A stretch of DNA of 64,000 bases from an uncultured virus (IMG/VR IMGVR_UViG_3300042544_003275) (IMGVR_UViG_3300042544_003275), one strand, 5' to 3'; counted from the first letter of the stretch, positions 20,893 through 30,136 are shown. Numbers and translations: made by a program. The notes: generated by a model from the letters alone, not told the origin.

Positions 20893-21348
20893 ATGAAAGT
20901 AGCATTTTTCCACGGATTAGATTCTCCAGCATTAAGTGAAAAGAGTTTTGCTTTAAGAGAAAAGTTTGATAAAGTTTATGATCCTGCTATGGATTATAAA
21001 GATCCTGAAATATTTAATAGAGTTCTTAAACATCTTCAGGAGAACCCAGTTGATTTATTAATTGGCTCATCAATGGGTGGATATTTTGCTTATTGTTTAT
21101 CTACAATTTTAGGAACAAGAACTTTGTTATTTAATCCAGCGGTTCACTCAAGACCTTTAGAACCTATCGTTCAATTAGGTGGTAAAGAATCGAACCATTT
21201 AATTGTATTAGGAAATACTGATACAATTATCACACCTAAAGAAACAGAACTATTTTTTAATGATGTTAGTGGTGTTAATATTATTAGAGAGGATATTGGA
21301 CACACTGTTCCAATTGAGGTTTTTAAGAAATATATTAGATTATATTAA
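20893..21348 (+). CDS. alpha/beta hydrolase (YqiA-like esterase)
   Basis: FFHG, GSSMGG, NPA, D and GH triad. Confidence 0.8.
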   Translation: MKVAFFHGLDSPALSEKSFALREKFDKVYDPAMDYKDPEIFNRVLKHLQENPVDLLIGSSMGGYFAYCLSTILGTRTLLFNPAVHSRPLEPIVQLGGKESNHLIVLGNTDTIITPKETELFFNDVSGVNIIREDIGHTVPIEVFKKYIRLY

Positions 21349-22229
21349 TTTCTTACCGAAACACCATTCATATAAACTAATTCTGTTCTGTAATTTCTAT
21401 CAGAAAGCCATTTCAATAATTTACTTCTTTTTTCTTCTAAGAAATTAACATGTTCAAAAACAATTATATCGGGTAGATTATTATCATCTAAAGAATATAT
21501 TAGTTCATCATCATATCCTTCAACGTCAACATGTAACCACCATTTACCGGATATATTATATTTTTCAGTTAAATCAGAAATTGTAATTGAATCGTATTTC
21601 TTTTCAACAACACTATCTCCACTATAATCAACAGAATGTTCTTTTATAATTGAGTTACAGACACTTACATCTCCTTCCCAAAATGTGACTTCTCCTCCAA
21701 ATCTTGTAACAACTTTCTCTTCTATATTAACCCATTTCATCCAGTTAAACCTATCTCTTAAAACACTACAGGTTTTATTTGTTGGTTCAACTAACACTGC
21801 AGATAATCTACCTGAAATTACCGAATCTATCCATTCACCAGCGGATCCGTCATTTACACCAATAGCCATTCCTTTAGCTCCTTGATTATTATGTGCCCAG
21901 TTTTCAAAAACTTGATAGCATATATCACCGTCTCTATAAATATCCCATTTCCAGTTTATTAACTCTCTACCCTTAGATGTTACAAGTTTAACATCTTTAT
22001 GATAACTATCTAGATATTTACTCCAACTATTTGGATATAAACTATCAAAGGAATAACTTAAATTTCCCCAGATATCAAAGAATAATAAACTAAATGGAAA
22101 TTCATCTTCTGAAAAATAAACTGAACACTCTGGTTCAATTTTTAAAAAAAGTTCACCTTCTCTTAGGCAAATAACACCATCTATACTAGGCTCGTTTGAT
22201 TTTGAATACTTAAATTGGAATAAACTCAT
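21345..22229 (-). CDS. FkbM-like methyltransferase
   Basis: IGVNDG, VEP, HVDVEGYD. Confidence 0.7.
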   Translation of the reverse strand: MSLFQFKYSKSNEPSIDGVICLREGELFLKIEPECSVYFSEDEFPFSLLFFDIWGNLSYSFDSLYPNSWSKYLDSYHKDVKLVTSKGRELINWKWDIYRDGDICYQVFENWAHNNQGAKGMAIGVNDGSAGEWIDSVISGRLSAVLVEPTNKTCSVLRDRFNWMKWVNIEEKVVTRFGGEVTFWEGDVSVCNSIIKEHSVDYSGDSVVEKKYDSITISDLTEKYNISGKWWLHVDVEGYDDELIYSLDDNNLPDIIVFEHVNFLEEKRSKLLKWLSDRNYRTELVYMNGVSVRN

Positions 22230-22259
22230 ATTTATTTATATTAAAAAAATAAAATATGT

Positions 22260-22622
22260 TTATAATCTTGTAATTAACATTCTAAAACTAAACTGAGTTA
22301 TACCATCACCTATAGTAAAGTCTTCTTCTTTTTTACATCCTGTCAGAAATTCTCTACCATCACCCCAGAATCTAACACTCCAACCATTTTCATAACAATA
22401 TTCAGTTAGTCTAATAACAGTATCTTTTATTTCAGACCACTCTATCAAACCTGTCATAAGTCCTGGTTTTGAAATAATGTTTATTGCATATTCATTGCCT
22501 AATCTATTTACATCAACAAGCATTCCTTCATCTTTTAATTCTAAAGTAATATCTTCTAAATCGGATACAAAGTTATTCTCAGAATTCCAATCAGTAGACT
22601 CAAATCGTTTTAAGTATTTCAT
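22260..22622 (-). CDS. hypothetical protein with MKYLKRFE N-terminus
   Basis: ORF with AATATATA upstream. Confidence 0.7.
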   Translation of the reverse strand: MKYLKRFESTDWNSENNFVSDLEDITLELKDEGMLVDVNRLGNEYAINIISKPGLMTGLIEWSEIKDTVIRLTEYCYENGWSVRFWGDGREFLTGCKKEEDFTIGDGITQFSFRMLITRL

Positions 22623-22696
22623 TAAAGTATATATTAAATAGAATATTTAAAATAGGGTGTATATACATTTATATATAAGTAAAATTAGAATTAATT

Positions 22697-22879
22697 ATGC
22701 CGTCTAAAGATAAAATGTTCTCACTACGAATATCCGAAAAATTACTTGAAGAATATAGAGAGTTTTGTGAAGAAAATTCGATTAACATTTCTAAGAGATT
22801 AAGAAAGTTTATTGAAAGAGATTTAGAACATTGGAGAGCTAGAAAGTTACAACAACAGAAAATAAAAAAACCCGAATAA
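22697..22879 (+). CDS. ribbon-helix-helix DNA-binding protein
   Basis: FSLRISEKLLEEYREFC..NISKRLRKFI pattern. Confidence 0.65.
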   Translation: MPSKDKMFSLRISEKLLEEYREFCEENSINISKRLRKFIERDLEHWRARKLQQQKIKKPE

Positions 22880-22912
22880 ATCCGGGTTTTTTATTTTAAT
22901 TTATATTATAAT

Positions 22913-23266
22913 TTATGATCCTGTAGTAACGTCTACACCACCTTTAAAAATTCTACTAAAGTCTTTTTCTAAAACAGTTCTTATTTGACTAAAAGCATAG
23001 TCTTTAGCTTCCATTTTATTTTTATTAGCCCATTGAGAACCTAATAATGTTATTTGCTTCATAATATTAGTGTCGATTTTAATCGGTGTTTTCTCATCTG
23101 GTTTCATTTTTTTGAAAAGTTCTTTAACCTTTTTAGCTTCTTCAGAATCACCATTTAAGAAGTCAGCAGTAAGTTTATAAGCTTTCTCATCTGCACTTTT
23201 ACCAATTCCAAAAATTTCTTCATTGATACCTTGATTATAATTTTCAAATGTTTTTAGATATTTCAT
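22913..23266 (-). CDS. hypothetical protein with MKYLKTFE N-terminus
   Basis: ORF; start chosen at the motif. Confidence 0.65.
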   Translation of the reverse strand: MKYLKTFENYNQGINEEIFGIGKSADEKAYKLTADFLNGDSEEAKKVKELFKKMKPDEKTPIKIDTNIMKQITLLGSQWANKNKMEAKDYAFSQIRTVLEKDFSRIFKGGVDVTTGS

Positions 23267-23356
23267 AGTCATATTTTTTTTTCTATACATATATATTATT
23301 ATCTAAAATTCATTTTTTAACATTTTAGATAAAAAATAACCACCTAAATTAAGTGG

Positions 23357-23818
23357 TTATTTGTATTTGACTGATTCTTCTAAAATTATTTTATCATGTT
23401 TACCTAATGAATTAATTCCATTTTCAATTATTTTATCAAGTACTGTATCTGCGTTATTTGAGTTGTAGTAAAAATTTAAGACTACATTGCTTAAAGAGTT
23501 GTAAAGATTTACCAAATCTGCATATTTGTCAATATTTTTGAATACTTCATCAGTAACATCTTTGATATCATCAACAATAACACCATAATAGATATCATCA
23601 ACATCATCTGTTTTTACATCATCAACAATTTTCATAATGATAGAAGTCATTTTATCTTGGTCTTCTTTTTCAGCGATAAAGAAAAAACTGTATTCTGAAT
23701 AAGCGTGAACTTGTAAAGATAACTTAGTTTCAGTAAATTCATTTTCAAGTGATTCCTTAATAAGGAACGCAATATCTGGATGAACTTCTGTGTTAAATTT
23801 ATAATTAAAAATTCTCAT
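23357..23818 (-). CDS. hypothetical protein with DUF6576-like C-terminus
   Basis: DTVLDKIIENGINSL. Confidence 0.6.
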   Translation of the reverse strand: MRIFNYKFNTEVHPDIAFLIKESLENEFTETKLSLQVHAYSEYSFFFIAEKEDQDKMTSIIMKIVDDVKTDDVDDIYYGVIVDDIKDVTDEVFKNIDKYADLVNLYNSLSNVVLNFYYNSNNADTVLDKIIENGINSLGKHDKIILEESVKYK

Positions 23819-23952
23819 TTTGTAGTGATTTATTTATAAAAACAAATATATAAATTTTATTTCAAATAAACAAGATAATTAAAATATCTTTCTGTGTAAA
23901 ATATACATAGTTTATATTTAATATATATAATAATCAAAAATTAATCTAATAG

Positions 23953-24030
23953 ATGAAATATTTAAAAAGATATGAAAAGTTAATAAATGACTCTTTTAAT
24001 AATGTCAATATAAATATTATTAGTATATGA
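23953..24030 (+). CDS. 25-aa micro-ORF MKYLKRYEKLINDSFNNVNINIISI
   Basis: AATATATA upstream; stop overlaps next ATG. Confidence 0.4.
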   Translation: MKYLKRYEKLINDSFNNVNINIISI

Positions 24031-25382
24031 AACATGTAAGAAATTACAAATCTTTTGTTAAAGAGATACACAAACAAGTTCCAATTATAGAAAAACAAAT
24101 ATTCTCAGATTTTTCTAATTCAATTTGGGATATGAGTCTAAGATCATCAATCTTTACAAATGATGAAAAAGAATTCATTAAAGAAAATTTAATAAGTTAT
24201 AAAATTGATTTATTAAAAGAAGAATTTGGTATTAAAGATTTCTTTCAAACGGTATATGATAATGGTAAGAAAGTTGGTGGTAAATTATTCTCTACTATAA
24301 AAGAAAAACTTCTTAAAATAAAAGAAGGAATGAAATCTTTGATTTCTGGTGTTGTTAAATTCTTTGAGTCTATTATTAAAAATCTTTTTAATATAAGTGA
24401 AAGAAATGTTAAAAATATAACTACTCAATTTAAATCACCAATTGATAAAAAAATAGTTGAATTAATAACTCAAAAGAAAATTGATAAAGAAGATTTGAAA
24501 TCGGATTTAGGTAATGTAAAACAAACTACAGAATTCTTAAAAGAAAAATTTGTGTCTTCTTTCAATAAACAGGTTGAAACAGTTGATGATAAAGTTATTT
24601 CAGATGCAGAAAAAGAAGTTGCTAATATAGAAGATGAATTAAAGTTAGAATCATTTGATATACTTAAAACTTTCTACTCAGTTAATGAAGATTTTAAAGT
24701 TGGTGATATGGTTTCTTACACAAGAGATAATGGTGAGAAAGCTCAAAAAGAGATTGTTAAAATTGATGGTGAAACAATAACTTTCAAAGATAAAGAAGGT
24801 AATGAGTTTACTAAAAAATCTGATGAAGTTAAAGCTGTTGATAAAGTATCTACTAAAATATTAGATGCTAAAGATTGGTTTATGAAATGGTTTTTAGATA
24901 TGAAACAAACTTCACCACCAGAAGAAGGTAAAACTAAATGGTGGATGAAACTAATTTTAAAAGTAATTATGTTATTACTTTCTCCTATGAAAATGTTGTT
25001 AAAAACTACAATTAATTTTATTTCTAAAAATGCGTTAAAAGGATTGTCCAACTTTGTTAAATCATTAAATGGACCCGGATTATTTGAGTTTACTACTTTA
25101 GGTGCAATTTTAATAGGAATTCCTAATTTGATAGATGCTCCTGCAAAAATTATATTTACTCAATTTGGAGCATCTCAATTAGAAGAACCTTGGGACTTAG
25201 TATTCAAATTACTATCTAAATTAATTTTAGATATATCTGGGATGGATATGGTTATTAAAGTATTTGGTGTGATATGTTTAATACTTGCATTAGAAGGAAT
25301 TATTAGTTCATACCTATCAAAGTCCGGTGAAAAGGTAGAAGATACTAAACAAAATGTTCAACCAGCAGCACCAGTTTCTTAA
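24027..25382 (+). CDS. hypothetical protein with C-terminal TM segments (candidate virion internal protein)
   Basis: MKHVRNYKSFVKE N-terminus, helical, hydrophobic C-terminal third. Confidence 0.65.
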   Translation: MKHVRNYKSFVKEIHKQVPIIEKQIFSDFSNSIWDMSLRSSIFTNDEKEFIKENLISYKIDLLKEEFGIKDFFQTVYDNGKKVGGKLFSTIKEKLLKIKEGMKSLISGVVKFFESIIKNLFNISERNVKNITTQFKSPIDKKIVELITQKKIDKEDLKSDLGNVKQTTEFLKEKFVSSFNKQVETVDDKVISDAEKEVANIEDELKLESFDILKTFYSVNEDFKVGDMVSYTRDNGEKAQKEIVKIDGETITFKDKEGNEFTKKSDEVKAVDKVSTKILDAKDWFMKWFLDMKQTSPPEEGKTKWWMKLILKVIMLLLSPMKMLLKTTINFISKNALKGLSNFVKSLNGPGLFEFTTLGAILIGIPNLIDAPAKIIFTQFGASQLEEPWDLVFKLLSKLILDISGMDMVIKVFGVICLILALEGIISSYLSKSGEKVEDTKQNVQPAAPVS

Positions 25383-25400
25383 AAGATAATATAAAATAAA

Positions 25401-25585
25401 TTTGGTGAAATGTAAATAACACCGTATATTTGTAGAACAATTGAGAGAGGCAACGATTCAGATACAACTCTTGATTGTTTTTACATTTTATTTTATAAAA
25501 AATTAGGTAGAATTAAAACTTTTTACTAATTTTGTATAAAATAAGAACAAAACAACAAAAGGAAGAATAACTTTTTAATATATAC
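25401..25585 (+). promoter_or_regulatory. tandem promoters upstream of leader 3
   Basis: TTTG..TATATTTG, TTAGG..TAATTTTG, and GGAAGAA..TAATATATA. Confidence 0.6.
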
Positions 25586-25589
25586 AACA

Positions 25590-25700
25590 ATGAGAACAAT
25601 GAATTTAAATATGAACATTAATACACTGACAGTGGTGAATAATACGTTATGTATTAGACCATCTGAGGGTTTTGTCATATCTAAACGATTTGTTAGTTAA
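25590..25700 (+). CDS. attenuator leader peptide 3 (MRTMNLNMNINTLTVVNNTLCIRPSEGFVISKRFVS)
   Basis: First 23 residues use only M,R,T,N,L,I,V,C, the amino acids of the downstream tRNA array. Confidence 0.85.
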   Translation: MRTMNLNMNINTLTVVNNTLCIRPSEGFVISKRFVS

Positions 25701-25735
25701 CATGGAATAATAACAAATTAAATAAAGGATAATCG

Positions 25736-25767
25736 AAACCCTCAGTCTAAAAACTGAGGGTTTTTTT
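25736..25767 (+). terminator. attenuator terminator 3
   Basis: AAACCCTCAGT-ctaaaa-ACTGAGGGTTT + T tract; leader contains CTGAGGGTTTTG. Confidence 0.9.
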
Positions 25768-25782
25768 ATGTCTAAAAAATTT

Positions 25783-25856
25783 GGGATAGTAGCTACAATG
25801 GTCAGAGCAATCGCCTGTTAAGCGAAAGGTTGAAGGTTCGAGTCCTTCCTATCCCG
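25783..25856 (+). tRNA. tRNA-Asn(GTT)
   Basis: Loop CTGTTAA, G73. Confidence 0.9.
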
Positions 25857-25863
25857 CAAACAA

Positions 25864-25949
25864 CGGTAGGTACCCGAGCGGTCTTCAGGGACTAGTCTGA
25901 TACACTAGGTGACGTAATCACAACGTGGGTTCAAATCCCACCCTACCGA
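25864..25949 (+). tRNA. tRNA-Ile(GAT) with long variable arm
   Basis: CTAGT-CTGATAC-ACTAG then GTGA-cgtaa-TCAC arm. Confidence 0.7.
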
Positions 25950-25955
25950 CTAAAT

Positions 25956-26027
25956 GGCCCCTTCGTCCAATGGACAGGACGTCGCTCTTCTAAAGCGAAG
26001 ATACTGGTTCGAATCCAGTAGGGGTTA
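25956..26027 (+). tRNA. tRNA-Arg(TCT)
   Basis: Loop CTTCTAA. Confidence 0.9.
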
Positions 26028-26042
26028 CTAAAAAATAAATAT

Positions 26043-26116
26043 TCTCCTGTAGCTCAGTTGGTTAGAGCATCTGACTGTTAATCAGAGGGTCGCTGGTTCG
26101 AGTCCAGCCGGGAGAG
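26043..26116 (+). tRNA. tRNA-Asn(GTT)
   Basis: Canonical cloverleaf. Confidence 0.95.
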
Positions 26117-26121
26117 CAAAT

Positions 26122-26202
26122 GTCGAAGTGGTGGAATGGTAGACACGCTAACCTTAGGAGTTAGTACCAAACGGTGTGTGGGTTCGAGCCCCACCTTCGA
26201 TA
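26122..26202 (+). tRNA. tRNA-Leu(TAG)
   Basis: Loop CTTAGGA, variable arm. Confidence 0.9.
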
Positions 26203-26208
26203 CAAAAA

Positions 26209-26283
26209 GGGTCTGTAGTACTAAATGAGCAAAACTTCTGCCTGTTAAGCAGAGAGATGTCGGTTCGAATCCGACTGGACCCG
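26209..26283 (+). tRNA. tRNA-Asn(GTT), irregular D arm
   Basis: TCTGC-CTGTTAA-GCAGA. Confidence 0.75.
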
Positions 26284-26292
26284 CAAAAAAAT

Positions 26293-26365
26293 AGTCTTGT
26301 AGCTCAATCGGGGGAGCGCCACTGTTACATAGTGGAGGGAGTCGGATCGTAACCGACCAGGACTA
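26293..26365 (+). tRNA. tRNA-Val(TAC)
   Basis: CCACT-GTTACAT-AGTGG; T loop ATCGTAA. Confidence 0.8.
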
Positions 26366-26371
26366 CAAAAC

Positions 26372-26444
26372 TGTCGATTAGCTCATTTGGTAGAGCACTT
26401 GTCTGATACACAAGAGGTGGTGGGATCGTAACCCGCATCGACAA
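26372..26444 (+). tRNA. tRNA-Ile(GAT)
   Basis: CTTGT-CTGATAC-ACAAG; T loop ATCGTAA. Confidence 0.85.
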
Positions 26445-26452
26445 CTAAAAAT

Positions 26453-26535
26453 GGTCCCGTGGCCGAGTGGTGTAGAAATACGGGAGGTAGTGGATTGCAA
26501 ACTCACTCACGCTGGTTCGAATCCAGCCGGGACCT
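26453..26535 (+). tRNA. tRNA-Cys(GCA), enlarged D loop
   Basis: Loop TTGCAAA, U73. Confidence 0.75.
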
Positions 26536-26541
26536 CAAAAT

Positions 26542-26613
26542 TGTCTTGTAGCTCAATGGGAGAGCACTTCCTTGACATGGAAGAGGTAGTGGGATCGTTA
26601 CCCACCAGGACAA
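26542..26613 (+). tRNA. tRNA-Val(GAC)
   Basis: CTTCC-TTGACAT-GGAAG; T loop ATCGTTA. Confidence 0.85.
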
Positions 26614-26619
26614 CAACAA

Positions 26620-26692
26620 GCCTTTGTAGCTCAGCAGGTAGAGCAACTCCCTTGTAAGGAGAAGGTCGCAGGTTCGATTCCTGTCAAAGGCT
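26620..26692 (+). tRNA. tRNA-Thr(TGT)
   Basis: Loop CTTGTAA. Confidence 0.9.
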
Positions 26693-26696
26693 CAAT

Positions 26697-26811
26697 AATG
26701 GATGGTGATTAAGAGTGTTACTTCGTGAAATGGTATACACATTTGTCTTAAAAACAAACTTTTGAAGGTTCAAGTCCTTCAGTAAAATCACTCTTTAGAC
26801 TTTCCTCCATT
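26697..26811 (+). ncRNA. tRNA-Leu(TAA)-like core embedded in an extended stem
   Basis: D, anticodon (CTTAAAA) and T arms closed by AAGAGTG-TTACT / AGTAA-aat-CACTCTT. Confidence 0.55.
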
Positions 26812-26815
26812 ATAT

Positions 26816-26905
26816 GCTCCAGTGGCGAAACTGGTTGAAACGCGTGAGATTTAAAATCTCATACCCTCGTGGAAAACGTTGTGGGTTCAAATCCCACCTG
26901 GAGTA
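26816..26905 (+). tRNA. tRNA-Leu(TAA)
   Basis: TGAGA-TTTAAAA-TCTCA, variable arm. Confidence 0.9.
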
Positions 26906-26915
26906 CTAAATATAA

Positions 26916-26988
26916 GCAGTTATCGTATAGTCGGTGATTACACGTCCTTGGTACGGACGAGACCCCGGTTCGATTCCGGGTATCTGCT
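26916..26988 (+). tRNA. tRNA-Thr(GGT)
   Basis: CGTCC-TTGGTAC-GGACG. Confidence 0.9.
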
Positions 26989-26997
26989 CAAATAAAT

Positions 26998-27078
26998 GCC
27001 TAAATGGTGGAATGGTAGACACGATCGTTTAAGGGGCGATTGCTGAAAGGTGTGAGAGTTCGAGTCTCTCTTTAGGTA
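26998..27078 (+). tRNA. tRNA-Leu(AAG)
   Basis: ATCGT-TTAAGGG-GCGAT, Leu-type D and variable arms. Confidence 0.8.
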
Positions 27079-27110
27079 CTGAAGTGAAACGAAAGTTCAC
27101 TACAAAATAT

Positions 27111-27180
27111 GCCGCGGCTTAGTGGAAAAGGACATTGGCTCATATCCGATGTTAAGTGAGTTCGAACCTCATACGCGGTA
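27111..27180 (+). tRNA. tRNA with CAT anticodon (Met or Ile2), degenerate D arm
   Basis: ATTGG-CTCATAT-CCGAT, T arm present. Confidence 0.55.
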
Positions 27181-27185
27181 CAAAT

Positions 27186-27266
27186 GTCAGAATGGTGGAA
27201 TGGTATACACACTGGTTTCAAAAGCCAGCGCCTAACGGTATGAGAGTTCAAGTCTCTCTTCTGATA
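27186..27266 (+). tRNA. tRNA-Leu(CAA)
   Basis: CTGGT-TTCAAAA-GCCAG. Confidence 0.9.
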
Positions 27267-27288
27267 CTCGATAAAAAAACCAATAAAA

Positions 27289-27498
27289 ATGGAAAAGAAT
27301 GAAGTAAAAAAATCGTTGTACAAACAAAATCCAAAAGCAACATTTAAGTTTATCAGAAAAGGTGTAGCTTATTACACTACTGAAATTCGCGAAGGTCAAA
27401 CATTTCAAATATTTTTTGAAATTCCAGTAATTGATATGGGAGATGCCGACTTTGAAAGTACAATGGATGCTAAACTATTAATTAGATGGATAGTCTAA
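27289..27498 (+). CDS. hypothetical protein
   Basis: 69-aa ORF ending the tRNA unit before a bidirectional terminator. Confidence 0.65.
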   Translation: MEKNEVKKSLYKQNPKATFKFIRKGVAYYTTEIREGQTFQIFFEIPVIDMGDADFESTMDAKLLIRWIV

Positions 27499-27529
27499 TT
27501 AAAAAACCCATCAAATAATTTGATGGGTT

Positions 27530-28075
27530 TTATTGTTTATTATAATCATCATACTTATCTAAAAACTTAAAATCGGTTACATCTAATTTCATACCATTAA
27601 ATTTATTTAGAAAGTCTACAAATTGTTTTAACGATTCATCTGTAAATGCAAATATTTCAGAAGTATTGAATTTAGATCTATAAGTTGTGTTTTGTATAAC
27701 ATTAACCAAATTAGGAGACTCAATATTAAATTCAGAAACCATTAAATCACCAACCGTTATATCAATATCTAATCGAATTTTATTATTTGAATTATCTTTA
27801 ACCGTATAAATATCAAATTCTAATGTGTCTGGATATCCCCATTCTTTTTTAACATTATCATATGTTATCTGAAACATATCTGAGTTTATCATAATGTTTC
27901 CTTTTTTAAAAGTATGTTCTTCACCATTTACTATTGAGAATGTTTCAGGTAGATAATTTTCCCATTTATTGTTATAAATAATATTATCGTCATTTATTTC
28001 ATTTGGTATTATATTCCCATTACTAATAGTTGCTTCAATGCCAATATTCTCATTAAATCTTTTAAGATATTTCAT
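27530..28075 (-). CDS. hypothetical protein with MKYLKRFNE N-terminus; paralogue of the N-domain of 35468..36679
   Basis: Shared PDxLEFDI, DITxGDxMVSEFxIExPN, FxFTDE motifs. Confidence 0.75.
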   Translation of the reverse strand: MKYLKRFNENIGIEATISNGNIIPNEINDDNIIYNNKWENYLPETFSIVNGEEHTFKKGNIMINSDMFQITYDNVKKEWGYPDTLEFDIYTVKDNSNNKIRLDIDITVGDLMVSEFNIESPNLVNVIQNTTYRSKFNTSEIFAFTDESLKQFVDFLNKFNGMKLDVTDFKFLDKYDDYNKQ

Positions 28076-28127
28076 AGTCTATATATTAAATATTTTGATT
28101 ATATTTGTAACCTAAATTAAGATAATT

Positions 28128-28268
28128 ATGTTTTTAGGAGTTTGTCGTAGATTAGAATATTCAACGAGTCTTCCCGCCTTTTTATTTCGTATTCTTTTTG
28201 TACTTTGGTTTTTAGGAAGTGCCTGGGGATTAATTTGGTATTTTATTGTTTATTTTCTCCTAGATTAG
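28128..28268 (+). CDS. PspC-like small membrane protein (46 aa)
   Basis: MFLGVCRRLEYSTSLPAFLFRILFVLWF.., TATATTTG promoter upstream. Confidence 0.55.
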   Translation: MFLGVCRRLEYSTSLPAFLFRILFVLWFLGSAWGLIWYFIVYFLLD

Positions 28269-28291
28269 AAAAATTTTTATAAATTTGTAGT

Positions 28292-29764
28292 ATGAAAAAT
28301 ATTGTAACAAGAATCGCACCTTCACCCACTGCTCCATTTTCTCATCTTGGAAATTTGAGAACATTATTATATAACTACTTCCTTGCTAAAAGACACGGTG
28401 GTAAATTCATTGTTCGTTTAGAAGATACGGATCGTGATCGTTATACACCATCTTTCTTAACATATTTTAAGGATATGTGTGACTGGCTTGGTATAGTACC
28501 AGATGCTTCTTATTGGAATCCAGATCCAACTATTGGTTCTTTTGTACAATCAGAAAGAGATTATTCTGATAAAGTTAATTACCTAATTGACGCTGGGTTG
28601 GCTTATTATGCTTTTGATACTAAAGATGATTTAGATGCTCTTAAATCAAAGGGTCTTAAATATGACGCAACTACAAGAATGAGTATGAACAACTCTTTAG
28701 TTATGTCTAAAGATGATTTTGACTCAACGATGAAAAATGGTACTCCATATGTTATTCGTTTTGCGGTAAATCCTGATGTTGATATCACTTTTGATGATGC
28801 TATTTTAGGTACAATTACTATTAGTACAAATACTCTTGATGATAAAGTTTTAATTAAGTCAAATGGTATTGGTTCTTATCATCTTTGTAATGTTTGTGAC
28901 GACCATGATATGGGTGTCTCTCATGTTCTTAGAGGTAACGAGTGGGTAAACTCAACACCTTTTCACATCTTAATGTATAAGGCTTTTGGTTGGGATGTTC
29001 CAACATTCTCTCACTTACCATTGATTATGAATCCAGATGGTAAAGGAAAGTTATCTAAAAGAACTGCTGCTAAATATGGTATTCCAATTGCACCAATTGG
29101 TTACTTTGATGATAATGGTGATTATAACAAAGGTTGGAAAGACCTTGGATATGACCCTAAGGCTTTTATGAACGCACTTGCTTTAATTGGATGGAATCCT
29201 GGTGGTGATGTTGAAATGATGTCTATGAAAGATATGATTGATTCTTTCTCTTTAGATAGAGTTCATAAATCAGGAGCTCGTTTTGATATGGATAAAGCAA
29301 AGTGGATTAACGCTCATCATTTGAGAACAACTCCTAATTCTTGTTTGAGACCATTTATCAATATTAAAGACGATAGATATTCTGATGATAAATTAGATAT
29401 GATTATCGATTTGGCGAAAGAAAGATCTGAATTCAAATCTGACCTGAACACTGTTGTTGATTTATTCTTTGATAACCCTGTTATTACAGATAGAAAGAAG
29501 TTAGATGATAACTATACTTCTGTTATGAGTGACTTTGGTAACAACATTGATAATATTGATTTCACATCAACAGACACGATTAAATCGTCTATCGTAGATA
29601 TCTGTGATAGATTAGGTGTTAAGATTGGTAAAGTGATGCCAGGATTGAGAATGGCACTTGTGGGTGGTATTTCTGGACCAGATTTAATGACCACAATGTT
29701 AATCTTGGATAAGAAAGAAACTAAGAAAAGAATATCACTATCGACAAGTTTACTACATATTTAA
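28292..29764 (+). CDS. gltX: glutamyl-tRNA synthetase
   Basis: TRIAPSPT, HLGN, RLEDTD, LRGNEW, KLSKR. Confidence 0.95.
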   Translation: MKNIVTRIAPSPTAPFSHLGNLRTLLYNYFLAKRHGGKFIVRLEDTDRDRYTPSFLTYFKDMCDWLGIVPDASYWNPDPTIGSFVQSERDYSDKVNYLIDAGLAYYAFDTKDDLDALKSKGLKYDATTRMSMNNSLVMSKDDFDSTMKNGTPYVIRFAVNPDVDITFDDAILGTITISTNTLDDKVLIKSNGIGSYHLCNVCDDHDMGVSHVLRGNEWVNSTPFHILMYKAFGWDVPTFSHLPLIMNPDGKGKLSKRTAAKYGIPIAPIGYFDDNGDYNKGWKDLGYDPKAFMNALALIGWNPGGDVEMMSMKDMIDSFSLDRVHKSGARFDMDKAKWINAHHLRTTPNSCLRPFINIKDDRYSDDKLDMIIDLAKERSEFKSDLNTVVDLFFDNPVITDRKKLDDNYTSVMSDFGNNIDNIDFTSTDTIKSSIVDICDRLGVKIGKVMPGLRMALVGGISGPDLMTTMLILDKKETKKRISLSTSLLHI

Positions 29765-29803
29765 TAAAAGTCCTCAATTGAGGACTTTTTTACTATATAG
29801 ATT

Positions 29804-30136
29804 ATGAAACATATAAATTGGGTTGACCCAGATAACATCATACTTGCTAATTCATCATCTGATTTTTCATATAAAAAAATGACGTTTGATGTTCAGAAAA
29901 ACGGAGTTACTCAAATTAGACACCTAAGAGTTAAAGTATCAAAAAATATTTATAAAAGTTATTTCAGATATGTTGTTGATAAAGAAGTTAATTGGTTCTA
30001 TATAAGTAATGATGAAACTAAAAACAGAACATATTACACTTTTATCTATCCAACAATAGGTGATGAAGTAAATGAACTCAATAGTTCATATAAATTATTT
30101 GATAGAGAGGATAAATTAAACCAATTACTCAAATGA
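29804..30136 (+). CDS. hypothetical protein (C-terminal REDKLNQLL)
   Basis: 110-aa ORF. Confidence 0.65.
   Translation: MKHINWVDPDNIILANSSSDFSYKKMTFDVQKNGVTQIRHLRVKVSKNIYKSYFRYVVDKEVNWFYISNDETKNRTYYTFIYPTIGDEVNELNSSYKLFDREDKLNQLLK

Noticed and set aside
26451..27323. ORFs 26451..26657 and 27072..27323
   Set aside because: Overlap tRNA genes.
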